This document shows positions 26,540 to 37,929 of a DNA stretch of 64,000 nucleotides, piece by piece (the stretch's first letter is position 1; each line of letters begins with the position of its first letter). The translations under genes were made by a program, and so were the position numbers. Under the pieces are notes generated by a model. The model saw only the letters and a program-made list of their open reading frames with translations, was not told the DNA's origin and did no database searches. Source of the DNA: Octopus sinensis (Eukaryota); assembly GCF_006345805.1 (NCBI RefSeq), contig NC_043005.1:23932001-23996000 (forward strand), read 5' to 3'.

Positions 26540-29500
26540 ACATACATACATACATACATGATGGCCGTCCACTCGTGACCGAGGAAGACCATTGCCGACC
26601 TTCAGTAACATTGTGCGCTCTAGGACTAACTTATATTTAGCATTTGCGGCTCCGTTGGTGGCTAATGAGCCCTGCTCTTGACAAGCATACACGACTGCAA
26701 ACATTGCAGACCAAGCTTTCCCCATTCACTATACGAGCCGTGCGCTTTCGCGCTGCTCGCTTAAGTTCTTCATGCTGGATACGCGCTCTCTCAAAAGTGT
26801 CGATCCCCTCCTTAACCCGCTTCCTCCATCTGTGGCGATGACAGGCATTGTTCTCCCAGTCAGTGTCCTGCATATCAAAGGCCTTTAACGAGGACTTGAC
26901 ACAGTCTTTAAATCGCAGCCTTGGTTTCTGCCGGAGTCTCCTTCCATTCACAAGTTCGCCATAGAGCATCTGCTTAGGAATCCTTCTATCCTCCATTCTA
27001 ATAAGGTGTCCACTCCAACGCAACTGGTGCTTGTGTACCATCGCCTCAATACTCAAGATATCAGCTGTCCTCAGGATCTGTGTGTCTGGAATTTTTGAGG
27101 TCCAGCCAACATTGAGAATGTGTCTGAGACATCTCTGATGAAAACGTTCAAGGACCCTGACCTGACGTTTGTACAGAGCCCATGTCTCACATGAGTAGAG
27201 AAGCGATGTCAGTACACAAGCACGGTACACAGCAACTTTTGTTCTCCTTGCGATGCCATGTTGGGACCAGACACGAGACTGAAGAGACCGGAAGGAATTA
27301 GTTGCTCTCTGCAACCTGAAAGATATTTCCTCATCCAGGGACCAAGAACGGCTGAGTGTGCTGCCCAGGTAAACAAACTTGTCTACTACCTTCAGAATCG
27401 TTCCTTCAACCAAGATAGCTGGTTCTATATATGGATTTCCTGGTGCAGGCTGGAACATTACATCAGTCTTGTCCAGGCTAATGCTGAGTCCAAATGCCCT
27501 GCAAGAAGCAGAAATGCAATTCATGAGTATTTGCATGTCACCCACTGTATGAGTGACTAAGTCACAGTCATCTGCATAAAGGAGGTCACGAATAATAGAC
27601 TGGGAAACCTTTGAATTGGCAGCAAATCGGCGAAGATTAAAGAGGCGGCCAGAAGATCGATATCTGACATATATTCCCAGAGAGCTAACCTTAGCAAAAG
27701 CATGAGTAAAAGTAGCAGCAAAGTACAAAGAAAAGAGAGTTGGGGCAAGGATGTCACCCTGCTTAACACCATTCTCTACAGGAATGGGTCCTGCCATGGC
27801 ACCACCAACATTGACCCAAGCCTCCATCCCATCATGAAATGATTTAATTATTGATACAAAGTGATCCGGACATCCAAGTTTGCCAAATATTTTCCATAGA
27901 AAATCATATCCATTGTCCCTCTACCAGATCGGAAGCCACATTGAAATTCAGATAGGACATCATTTACGAGACACCCATTCAGACGGGTAAGAAGAATATT
28001 TGCCAGAACCTTACCAGTAGCTGATAGTAGAGCAATACCTCTGTAGTTACCACACATTGTTCTGGCTCCTTTTCCTTTATACAGAGGAAGAATAATTGCA
28101 TCCTTCCAGTCCTAAGGGATTGCACCATCCCTCCAGACTGCACTAATAAGTTCATGAAGGGACTGTGTGATGCAATTACCACCAAATCGCAATACCTCAG
28201 CACAAATTCCATCCTTTCCAGGTGCCCTACTAAGATTCAATTTACTTATTGATGTCATTCATGTATTGATGGCGAGGAGTCTAAGGAGTCAATGATAGGT
28301 CTTTGTTTCATAGTATCAATCACTGTATCAATCACTGACTCATGGTTTAGGAGTTCAGAGAAGTGTTCGATCCAGCGACCTGTGATTTCTGTTGATTTAG
28401 TAAACATAGTGGAAGACTCCTTGGAAAGCAAAGGAGCTGATGTGGAGCTCTTATGTCCATAAGCTCGCTTCATAAGATGGTAAAGCTTCTTGACGTCATT
28501 TGCATCAGCAGCAGCCTGAACATCACGAGCAAGATCCTCCCACCAAGTGTTCTGCATCTTCCTGAGAGATCGCTGCAGTAGTGATTTTACACTGTTATAG
28601 TGGGCAAGTGCTAGACTTCGCTGCACAGTAGACAGTTCTCTGTGCAGCAACACACTGTGGGCATGGCGCTTCACCACTAATAGTCGTTGAATTTCAGCAT
28701 CATTCTCATCAAACCAGTCTCTGTGTCTGGCAGTAACATACCTCAGTGTTTCGGCTGCACATTGAACAACCTGGTCTCGAAAATCTTCCCATCCTGCAGC
28801 GGTTTCAATGCTGGACAAGCGAGTCTGAAGCTCTTTCCTAACCATAACGTCATATACCTTGTGGACATTTAGACGGCGAGGAATGCTGACTGGTCCTCTT
28901 CTCTCTTTCGCCCTAATCACCATTCGGAACTTTGCTCGCACCAGACTGTGGTCTGTCCAGCATTCTGATCCATGCAAGGACTTGACATTACAAATGTCAT
29001 AAATGTCGCGCTTGCAGATGATGACGTAATCCAGCAAGTGCCAAACTTTGGACCTTGGATGCATCCATGTTGTTGTGTGATCACCTTTGTGCACAAAATG
29101 AGTACTTGCAATGTAAAGTCCATGTTCTTCGCAAAGCTCCAGTAGCATGAGACCATTGCTATTCATTTTCCCTACTCCAAAACGTCCTAGAGAGTTCCAT
29201 GTTTGCCAGTCTATACCTACTCTGGCATTAAAATCCCCCAGTAGAATGACTTTATCAGAATTGGGGATTTTTCTAAGTATGGCTCTCAGCTGGGTATAAA
29301 AGATTATTTTATCTTCATCACAGCTAGTCAAAGTAGGTGCATAGGCACTTATTAGAGTAGCAAACCGCTTACCTTTCAAGTGCAACCGTAGGGTCATTAT
29401 ACGTTCATTTATAGGAACAGGGAGCTCTTCCAATTTCTTCAGGATATCAGATCAGACTGCAAAACCAGCACCAGCCTCTCTGCGCTCCTCCTTCTGCCTT

Positions 29501-30025
29501 CCTTTCCAAAAAAAGGTGTATTCGCCTCCTACTTCCTCACGCTGACCATCACCTTCTATACGAGTCTCTGAGAGTGCAGCTATATCAATTTTATAACGGT
29601 TCAGCTCACGAGCAAGTAGTGCAGTGCGTCTTTCAGGCCTGCAATCACTCTTGTTGTCCAACAGAGTACGCACATTCCAACATGAAATGTTTAAGTTCCT
29701 TCCAGATTTTATAGATAAAAGACTCTTGTTTTTCGAGCGCAGGGTGGACATCCGTCAGTCGCGCTAAACCGACCAGATATGGAAAGACAGGCAATTTTTG
29801 GTTCACCTTTTCTAGAACCTCCCCGGTCTCCAGGTGAGCAGTGCCCTCTCCAAATGGAGCTGCTCAGACACCCATGCAGCAACCGAATCCTACCGCTGTC
29901 TTGGGCGACAAGGAGACGACTTTATATCTAGCATGGGCCGCCTACGTGCAGGTCGCTGACTACATGCTTCCAACCCGTCAGGTCTGCATGCTTCACCACC
30001 TTCCCATCGCCGGAGGACTTCCGAA
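26540..30025 (-). mobile_element. Near-full-length RTE (BovB-like) LINE, frameshifted, ~100-bp deletion in RT
   Basis: APE endonuclease (WNVRTL..DIAALSETR; GDFNARVG; LLDYVI..TDHSL), RT (NYRGIALLS..QCGFR; GVKQGDILAP; LLYADD; FVYLGS; LRWSGHLIRM) and (ATGT)n tail. Confidence 0.95.
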
Positions 30026-30271
30026 TAATATATATATATATATATAAGAAATATTGAGTTTCTAAATCTCTCGTAGAGAGGTGTACGGTGGTGGAGCGAT
30101 ATAATGGTTGTATACTGTCAATCTAACAAGAACGTGACAGTAGGGGGTACACCACCATTATATAGCCCTAGGAGGCATCGAACGCCTCCTGACAGCTTCG
30201 ACACATTTTATCCTGTGTCCTTATATACACATACGAAGGGGAGACAAACACCCCCAACCGCCGGAACTGCA

Positions 30272-30317
30272 TCTAGGGACACCGTGTTTCAGGATCATTG
30301 TCCTTCATCGGCCTAGA
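30272..30317 (-). ncRNA. Minimal type I hammerhead ribozyme, variant CCGAUGA core, intact GUC
   Basis: TCTAGG-CCGATGA-AGGA-CAATGA-TCCT-GAAA-CACGGT-GTC-CCTAGA: perfect 6-bp stem I, 4-bp stem II, near-palindromic stem III. Confidence 0.7.
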
Positions 30318-30614
30318 GTAGCAGACACCGGTCAGCTGGCGATATTATATCTTTATTATGGGCACGATGGCCCGAATGAAGACGGGACATTACAAGACGG
30401 GGTACAAGTGGGGTACATAAAGTAAAAATAATATGAAATAAAGATGAATTATATGTAATGAGATGGAACGGCTTACGAACCCCCAACTCGCAGTTCCGTT
30501 TAAAATACAATTTTACATTTTATACTTTTACAATTTACAATTTTACATTTTAACAATACATATATTCCAGTTCAAAATACAATTTTACATTTTACAATTT
30601 ACAATGTTACAAAT

Positions 30615-31971
30615 TTAAAATCTCAGTTCTATTGGACGTTGGTCCGTAATGTACTTTGTCAACTCCATTTGCTCCACCACATTTGGCAAATTCTCATAAC
30701 ATACGTAATACGTTGAATAAACCTGCTCAAACATACTTTTCAATTTACAAAATGTTCCTTTATCTACAAGTACCGCTTTCATATCGTCATCATGCAGTTC
30801 TGGGTGTAATTTAACCCTAATTAATCCCTTCCTACCTGCAAGTCTTTTCTCCACTTCTGTGTCTTTCACATATAACATGAATACTTTCAGGTATTTTCCT
30901 TCAGGTCTTTTTCCTTTTTTACATGCATCCAACTGTTCTCTCACTTTTTTTCTCCATTCTAAGTGTACCTCTGTATTTGTCTGTTCGTCCTTTTCTTTGC
31001 ACGTTCTCTCTTTTTCTTCTGTTGTCTTGCTTTTGGTTTTTTTCTTTTTTAGAACTTTCGGTGGTGATTCCACCCTTGTTCTCTTCCTATCTCCTGTTCT
31101 TTCCTCCTCTGCACTTGCACGTTCTTCTTCCATATCCTCATTTAGCTCCTCCTCCGTTTGTGCCTCCACTGCTTTTGTTTCTTCCTGCACTTCTCCCTCC
31201 TCCACAGACGTATCTTTACTCTCCTTCGTTACCGCCTCCGGTGCTATGGTTTTCTTCAGCGGGCACACATCCTTCATGTGGCCTCTTAATTTACAATTAT
31301 AGCAGACTGGGGAGTCTTCCCTCTACCACGACTCTAAGCCGTGTCTCATCAGGGAAGACCAACTCCTCCGGGATGTTGTACAGGTCTCGCACGGTTATAT
31401 GTGCCAGAACCTGCACCGCATATCCCCACCACTTAACCTCTGATGACTTCTCCACCTTCAACACCTCCACACTATCCTTGCAGTTGAAAACTACTGCCGC
31501 TAACAACCTCTCCATGTTAACTTCGGGCGAAATTCTACCAATTCTTATCCTCACTGCCCTCCTTCCGCAGTAACTTGGTAGTAAAGTCCACCTTTCCGTT
31601 TTCAAAATTCTTGTTGCATTCTTTCTTGCTTCATTCTCGTTTTTAAAATGTACCACCACTGTGGCATATTTCCTTCCTCTGTTGAAAAATGTGGGTTCAC
31701 CCTCAATTCCCTTCAGACATTCTTCTATTTCTTCTGTATCTGCTACTTCTATTATTTTCAACGCCTAACACCATGTCCTGTACGTTATCATACGCTTCTC
31801 TGCGTTGCTTTCTTCCTCCTCGGACGGTGTGACTCTCACGCAGTCACCCTCCCTCTTTAAACTGTCGAAATACTTCTCTAGAGTTTTCTGTTCGACCACC
31901 ACTTCTTCCATTTCCAGTTCACTGGCAACTAGGCCTCTGCCTGCTGCTCTCGCATAAGTCTGCTCTTGCAT
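30615..31971 (-). pseudogene. ORF1p/Gag-like CCHC zinc-knuckle protein, cassette 1 (~450 aa reconstructed; one TAG, one frameshift)
   Basis: MQEQTYARAAG...VVVEGR(P)PVCYNCKLRGHMKDVC (CX2CX4HX4C, 31263-31304), acidic/basic tail; 3' UTR with AATAAA; no RT follows. Confidence 0.8.
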
Positions 31972-32350
31972 TTTCAAAAATCTCCAAAAAAATGTTTCCA
32001 CGTCCTCCAGCAACGAACTCGAATTCACAACCTCTTCACAATGACGCACTCGAAACCAACACACCAGAATAACCAAAAAAAAGGAGGCTGGTGATATTAT
32101 ATCTTTATTATGGGCACGATGGCCCTAATTCAGACGGGACGTGGGGTACATAAAGTAAAAATAAAATATGAAATAAAGATGAATTATATATAATGAGATG
32201 GAACGGCTTACGAACCCCCAACTCGCAGTTCCGTTTAAAATACAATTGTACATTTCACAATTACATATATTCCAGTTCAAAATACAATTTTACATTTTAC
32301 AATTTACAATTATAATTTTACTTTTTAACATTACATATATTCTAATTCTT

Positions 32351-33680
32351 TTATATTGGACGTTCGTCCGTCATATATTCTATTAAGTCCATTTGGTCTA
32401 TTACATTTGGTAAATTGTCATACCGTACATAATGCGTTATATAAATAGCATTAAATATCTTTTTTAATTTTGCGAATGTTTCTTTTTCTATAACTGCGCC
32501 TTTTACATCGTCACCATACAGTTTTGGGTTCAACTTCACCCTGACCAACCCTTTCCTACCTGTAAGTCTCTTTTCCACTTCTGTATTCTTGATATACATC
32601 ACAACTGCTTTCAGGTTTTTTCCTGCAGGCCTTCTTCCCTTTTTACACGCTTCCAACTGCTCTTTCACTCTTGCCTCCCATTCTTGTTCAAACTCTGTCC
32701 TTGGCTGCTCTTTTACTTCCTGCTCTTTGCGTGTTCTCTCTTCTTTTTCTTCTGTTATCTTGCTTTTGATTTTTTTCTTTTTTAGAACTTTCGGTGGTGA
32801 TTCCACCCTTGTCCTCTTCCTATCTTCTGTTCTTTCCTCCTCTGCACTTGCTCGTTCTTCTTCCGTATCCTCATTTAGCTGCTCTTTTGCTTCCTCCTGC
32901 ACTTCTCCCTCCTCCACACACGTATCTTTACACTCCTCTATTACAGCCTCCGGTGCTTTCGTTTTTTCCCGCGGGCACACATCCTTCATGTGGCCCCTTG
33001 ATTTACAATTATAGCAGACTGGGGGTCTTCCCTCTACCACGACTCTAAGCCGTGTCTCATCAGGGTAGACCAACTCCTCCGGGATGTTGTACAGGTCTCG
33101 CACGGTTATGTGTGCCAGAACCTGCACCGTATATCCCCACCACTTAACCTCTGTTGACTTCTCCACCTTCAACACCTCCACACTATCCTTGCAGTTGAAA
33201 ACCACTGCCGCCAACAACCTCTCCATATTAAATTCGGGCGAAATTCTGCTAATTCTCATCCTCACTGCCCTCCTTCCGCAGTAACTTGGTAGTAAAGTCC
33301 ACTTATGCGTTTTCAAAATTCTTGTTGCATTCTTTTTTGCTTCATTTTCTGTTTTAAAATATACCACCACTGTGGCATATTTCCTTCCTCTTTTGAAAAA
33401 TGTGGGTTCACCCTCAATTCCTTCAGACACTTTTATACTTCTTCCGTTCTGCTACTTCAACTTTTTTCGACGCCACACACCATGTCCTGTACGTTATCAT
33501 ACGCTTCTCCGCGTTGCTTTCTTCCTCCTCGGACGGTGTGACTCTCACGCAGTCACCCTCCCTCTTTAAACTGTCGAAATACTTCTCTAGAGTTTTCTGC
33601 TCGACCACCACTTCTTCCATCTCCTGTTCACTGGCAACTAGGCCTCTGCCTGCTGCTCTCGCATAAGTCTGCTCTTGCAT
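32351..33680 (-). pseudogene. ORF1p/Gag-like CCHC zinc-knuckle protein, cassette 2 (~443 aa reconstructed; one frameshift near 33430)
   Basis: 359-aa open frame with VVVEGRPPVCYNCKSRGHMKDVC (32975-33016); N-terminus in ORF 33423-33686. Confidence 0.82.
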
Positions 33681-34050
33681 TTTCAAAAATCTCCAACAAA
33701 AAACTTTTCAACGTCCTCCAACGAACTCGAACTCACAACCTCTTCACAATGACGCACTCGAAACAAACACACCACAATAACCAAAAAAAAGAGGGAGGTG
33801 GTGATATCTGTATCGACTTCGTATTTGTATATATCTATAGTCAGTGAAGTCTATTCACTGATTATCAAAATAAGAAATATTGAGTTTCTAAATCTCTCGT
33901 AGAGAGGTGTACGGTGGTGGAGCGATATAATGGTTGTATACTGTCAATCTACAAGATTATCAAAATAATCAGTGAATAGACTTCACTGATTATAGATATA
34001 TACAAATACGAAGTCGAGACAGATATCGCCAGCTGACCGGTGTCTGCTAC

Positions 34051-34096
34051 TCTAGGCCGATGAAGGACAATGATCCTGAAACACGGTGCCCCTAGA
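34051..34096 (+). ncRNA. Hammerhead copy in the opposite arm, cleavage triplet mutated GUC>GCC
   Basis: Identical to 30272-30317 except CACGGTGCCCCTAGA. Confidence 0.6.
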
Positions 34097-34262
34097 TGCA
34101 GTTCCGGCGGTTGGGGGTGTTTGTCTCCCCTTCGTATGTGTATATAAGGACACAGGATAAAATGTGTCGAAGCTGTCAGGAGGCGTTCGATGCCTCCTAG
34201 GGCTATATAACGGTGGTGTACCCCCTACTGTCACGTTCTTGTTAGATTGACAGTATACAACC

Positions 34263-34330
<68 letters not shown>

Positions 34331-34389
34331 TAAAAATGAAGAAAATATATACTAAAAATAAGATAGATATATAAAAAAAAGAAAAAAAG

Positions 34390-34930
34390 GTCGGCAATAC
34401 CTGTGCAGAGTTTTAGGTCCAATAAGGCTTGCACAACACCTCATAGACACTCTCCACTCTATTGACGTTATCCAGAGACAAGCCGGAGCAAGATGTCTGG
34501 TGCCGATATGAGGCGTAGGCTCAGGGATGTGGGAGCGCCGTGATCTCTAGCACAAACCAAAGATCCCCAAAATGTTCAATGCCATTCCCTGCATATCTGG
34601 TTTTATATCAGAGTGACCTTCTCATAGAGACGTGCTTTAACAAAAGCTGAGGGGCACCTCACTCCCAGTGGTCTTTCAGCATGCCGGACACCACCCCGGA
34701 CACCACCCCGGAATTTCTATGTACCCGTGCTAACATTTATTGGATGGTCGTTGACTCTCAAGAGGTCCTCCGCCCTTTGACGGGTTTTGTTTTTCATCCC
34801 GCAGGGTATCCAATAAACACCCTCCTCACCAAGCAAGCTTGGTGGGGTTGCCGGTTTAGTCGCCGACGACCCGACCATGCAACAGGTTGTACTGGGTTAC
34901 ATGTTACCAGTAGCACTCGAAGGTGACCTG
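34390..34930 (-). mobile_element. Probable RTE-type LINE 5' UTR fragment
   Basis: GC-richer block ...GGTCGTCGGCGACTAAACCGGCAACCCCACC...GGTGAGGAGGG...CCCGTCAAAGGGCGGAGG resembling RTE 5' UTRs; abuts (ATGT)n. Confidence 0.45.
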
Positions 34931-35014
34931 ACATACATACATACATACATACATACATACATACATACATACATACATACATACATGCATGCATACATGT
35001 ATACACACACACAT

Positions 35015-37536
35015 TAGGGCATTAGGGTTCTGAGCTTTTGATTTGTTGAAAGTAAACAATTTCCTGTATTAAACGTCAATGAATAATTTCATATAAATAG
35101 GGAAAATAACCTTTATTTTATGTTTTTTAGAAAGAATGTCACTCGCAACTGAAAAAATCTAACACCACTTTTGACCCAAATCAATCAAAATTCTAGGGAG
35201 CTTCATAATGCCTACTCAAGTTTTTACCACACTTGATGTGCTGACTTAATGCAGCTTTCAAGGTTAAGAAGTTTAGGAGTTTTAAAATTGTTCCCACTTA
35301 GGCCCTACTTTAGGAAATATCCCCTTCCTCTCCTTTTTATTTCTGTGACGCTAAAAGCTGTTTTTCAGAATAGTAGACTTATCCAACTAGAGTATCTAAA
35401 ATAATGTCTCATAAGAGAAGTGCTTGAATCATTCAAAGAAACAAAAATATCTGGACGAAGAATCTCGTGCAATTTCAAGACTCATATAGGAAAAGAAGGC
35501 CTGTTCCTCTAGAAAGCATTCTTTGGAAAACAACTTCAGGATACCAATGGAACTTCAAGTTGTCGGTCGCTACCTGTTCCTTGGAGGTACTATCAAAAGA
35601 AGGAAAGAAAGAACAAAAGAAATTTCGTAAGAAGTAACTTTTTAATGACAAAAGAAATGAAATCTCCCATATTTATCAATTCTAAATGTACAAGCAAAAT
35701 AGAAAAGGTGCTGAATACCTACGATTTTTGACATCCTAAAGGAAAACAGTGAATGGCTGAGTAGTGAGGATAGAAGTTATATTATCTTCAAATTGAAAGT
35801 AAGGGACAGGTTGGGTATGCAACTGGAAAGGCAGCCAGTTCCAAAACTATTCTTCCATCCAAAAGAAGAAAAGTGTCCTTAATGCCAACTTCAATCAGAG
35901 CAGCTCCAGTGTCATCGTCAACGTTTGAAATGGAGACTGAAAGTGAATATCAAGAGTCCGAAAAATCAGATGAAGAATCCACACAAGCGAGAAGGAAGTA
36001 TAGCAAAACTCGATCTGCAACCAAGTTAGTAATAACTTCCAAGCTATCAACTCAAAAAGCAGTAACAGTTTGTCGACACTTATCTCAAAATGGAATCAAT
36101 GTCGAGACTCCTTCCCAATCTGGTATTTACAGATCGCCTATCAAAGCTGTTAAACTAAAAAAGAAAATGTAGAAAACGCTACATTTAGAAAACTGGTCAT
36201 TGTATTTTGATGGTAAACGTATTGATGACCAAATGCTAGGTTTAGAGAATGAACAGAAAGAAGTTAAGTTAGAAGCACTCCAATTACCAAACGGAAACGC
36301 CGGTACTGTTGTGAAAGGAATACCAGCTGTTTTAGATGAATACAATTTATGGAATTGTGTAAAGATGATTGACGTTGATACAGCGAGTGTGAACACTGGA
36401 AAGAGAAAGGGCATTGTCATTCAGTTGCAAAGATTATTTGCTCAAAAGAGTTTAGAAGAACTGCAATTGATTGGTTGTCAACATCATATCCTTGATACTG
36501 TAGAGTTGAAGAATAAAAGGCATCTCCAAATATCGAATATACATTCATCCCAGCGCTTCTGAGTAATTAAGAGAAACTCCAGGCTAATTTCAACAATGGT
36601 GAAGAAAAGATTACTGAATCAGCTGGATGGCGATACGACATGAAATTTCTATTTAAAATTGAGCAGAACTGTTTGTTTCTTTGAAGAAACCAGAAAATTT
36701 TCTACTGTAAAGTTTCAAAATTACCCAACTTATGTAATGCAAGATGGAATTCTCGAGCAATACTAGCTCTTTTGGCATTTATTCTTCTACCAGAGGAAAG
36801 AGTTTTGTTTTTCAATGTTTGTCGATTCATCTCTTAAAGCTGGGCAGAATTTTGGTTTACTGACCAAATATTCAATGCACATGATTATCAGAAGTTATGT
36901 GGTAGACTGCAAGTTCATAAAAAAAAAAGCATTGAACTTTGTAAAACTTTTGGAGTCTAGATCCATCAAAACTGGAAATTCCCAAAACAAATCAGAGTGC
37001 AGAAATGGCAATCAAGTGGCTTCAAGATCTTTATGGTGTTTGTAAAAAGGAGAAACTTCAGCTTCGATTTATTTTATCTAACAAAACATATTAATTCTTT
37101 GTTATGTTTAAAAATTTGCTAACATTCAGCCCCCTTTTTCTTATACAGTTATTTAAAATTGGAATTAAACTTATAAAGTTAAAAATATGTATTGTTTTTA
37201 AGTTTGTATGTTATCGAATGCTTGTAGTGGCCTCTGTCTTAGAATAGCCTGGTTTGAAACTTTACATAGATCAATTTCCATTCAGTAATATTAAAAATGT
37301 ATAAATACACTTTTATTCCACATCTCTCTTGGGTTTATAAGGATTTAGGCAGTGGGAAGGACTGAAGCATGAATCTAGTGCCACCTCGTGATTATAGTTT
37401 GAGAATACTATAATCCGAAGATACATAACTCCGAAACAACTTCAGTTAGAAAGCTGAAATTTCAGAAATACTATTTCTGTTTTGCATTGAGTCACCACAC
37501 CAAATTTGGTTAAAAAAACTGGAATAGGCTTATTGA
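35015..37536 (+). mobile_element. Decayed hAT-superfamily (hATm-like) DNA transposon
   Basis: Transposase fragments YFDGKRID...DVDTASVNTGKRKG...LIGCQHHILD (CxxH) and ...CNARWNSRAILALLAFIL; starts near TAGGG; right end lost in the gap. Confidence 0.6.
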
Positions 37537-37636
37537 NNNNNNNNNNNNNNNNNNNNNNNNNNNNNNNNNNNNNNNNNNNNNNNNNNNNNNNNNNNNNNNN
37601 NNNNNNNNNNNNNNNNNNNNNNNNNNNNNNNNNNNN
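37537..37636. other. Assembly gap (100 N)
   Basis: Run of Ns. Confidence 1.
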
Positions 37637-37929
37637 ACAAAGTACTAAGTAGTTATTGATCCAATTCTTTGTGTTTAGAGTTCAAATCCGCTGAGGATAA
37701 ACCATAGAATCAATCTAGTACGTTGACTCGTTACAATGCCACAAGTTTTTATCACAGTGAGTTTTCAGTTGTTCGATTAATTAAACCATCAAGTTTATTA
37801 AACTACTATGCTGCGCGTTTCTTTTACATGAATATCCGGCAGAATTAGTAGGAAAAGGCTGCACCTTTGAAATACAGGTGCAATCCATCCGACAAGTTTC
37901 TATCTACCCAATTTCACTTAAAATACATG

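Larger units (their letters stand above)
30045..34269 (-). mobile_element. Hammerhead-bearing retrozyme/PLE-like non-autonomous element (~364-nt monomer plus inverted copy) hosting two ORF1-only cassettes; flanked by (TA)n
   Basis: Inverted repeats 30099-30345 and 34023-34269 (2 mismatches seen); 33803-33864 inverted to 33966-34027; direct repeat 30045-30131 = 33871-33956. Confidence 0.75.

Noticed and set aside
30045-34269. DIRS-type (ITR plus internal complementary region) interpretation of this element
   Set aside because: The internal copy of the terminus is direct rather than complementary, and no RT or tyrosine recombinase is present; a tandem monomer plus inversion explains it better
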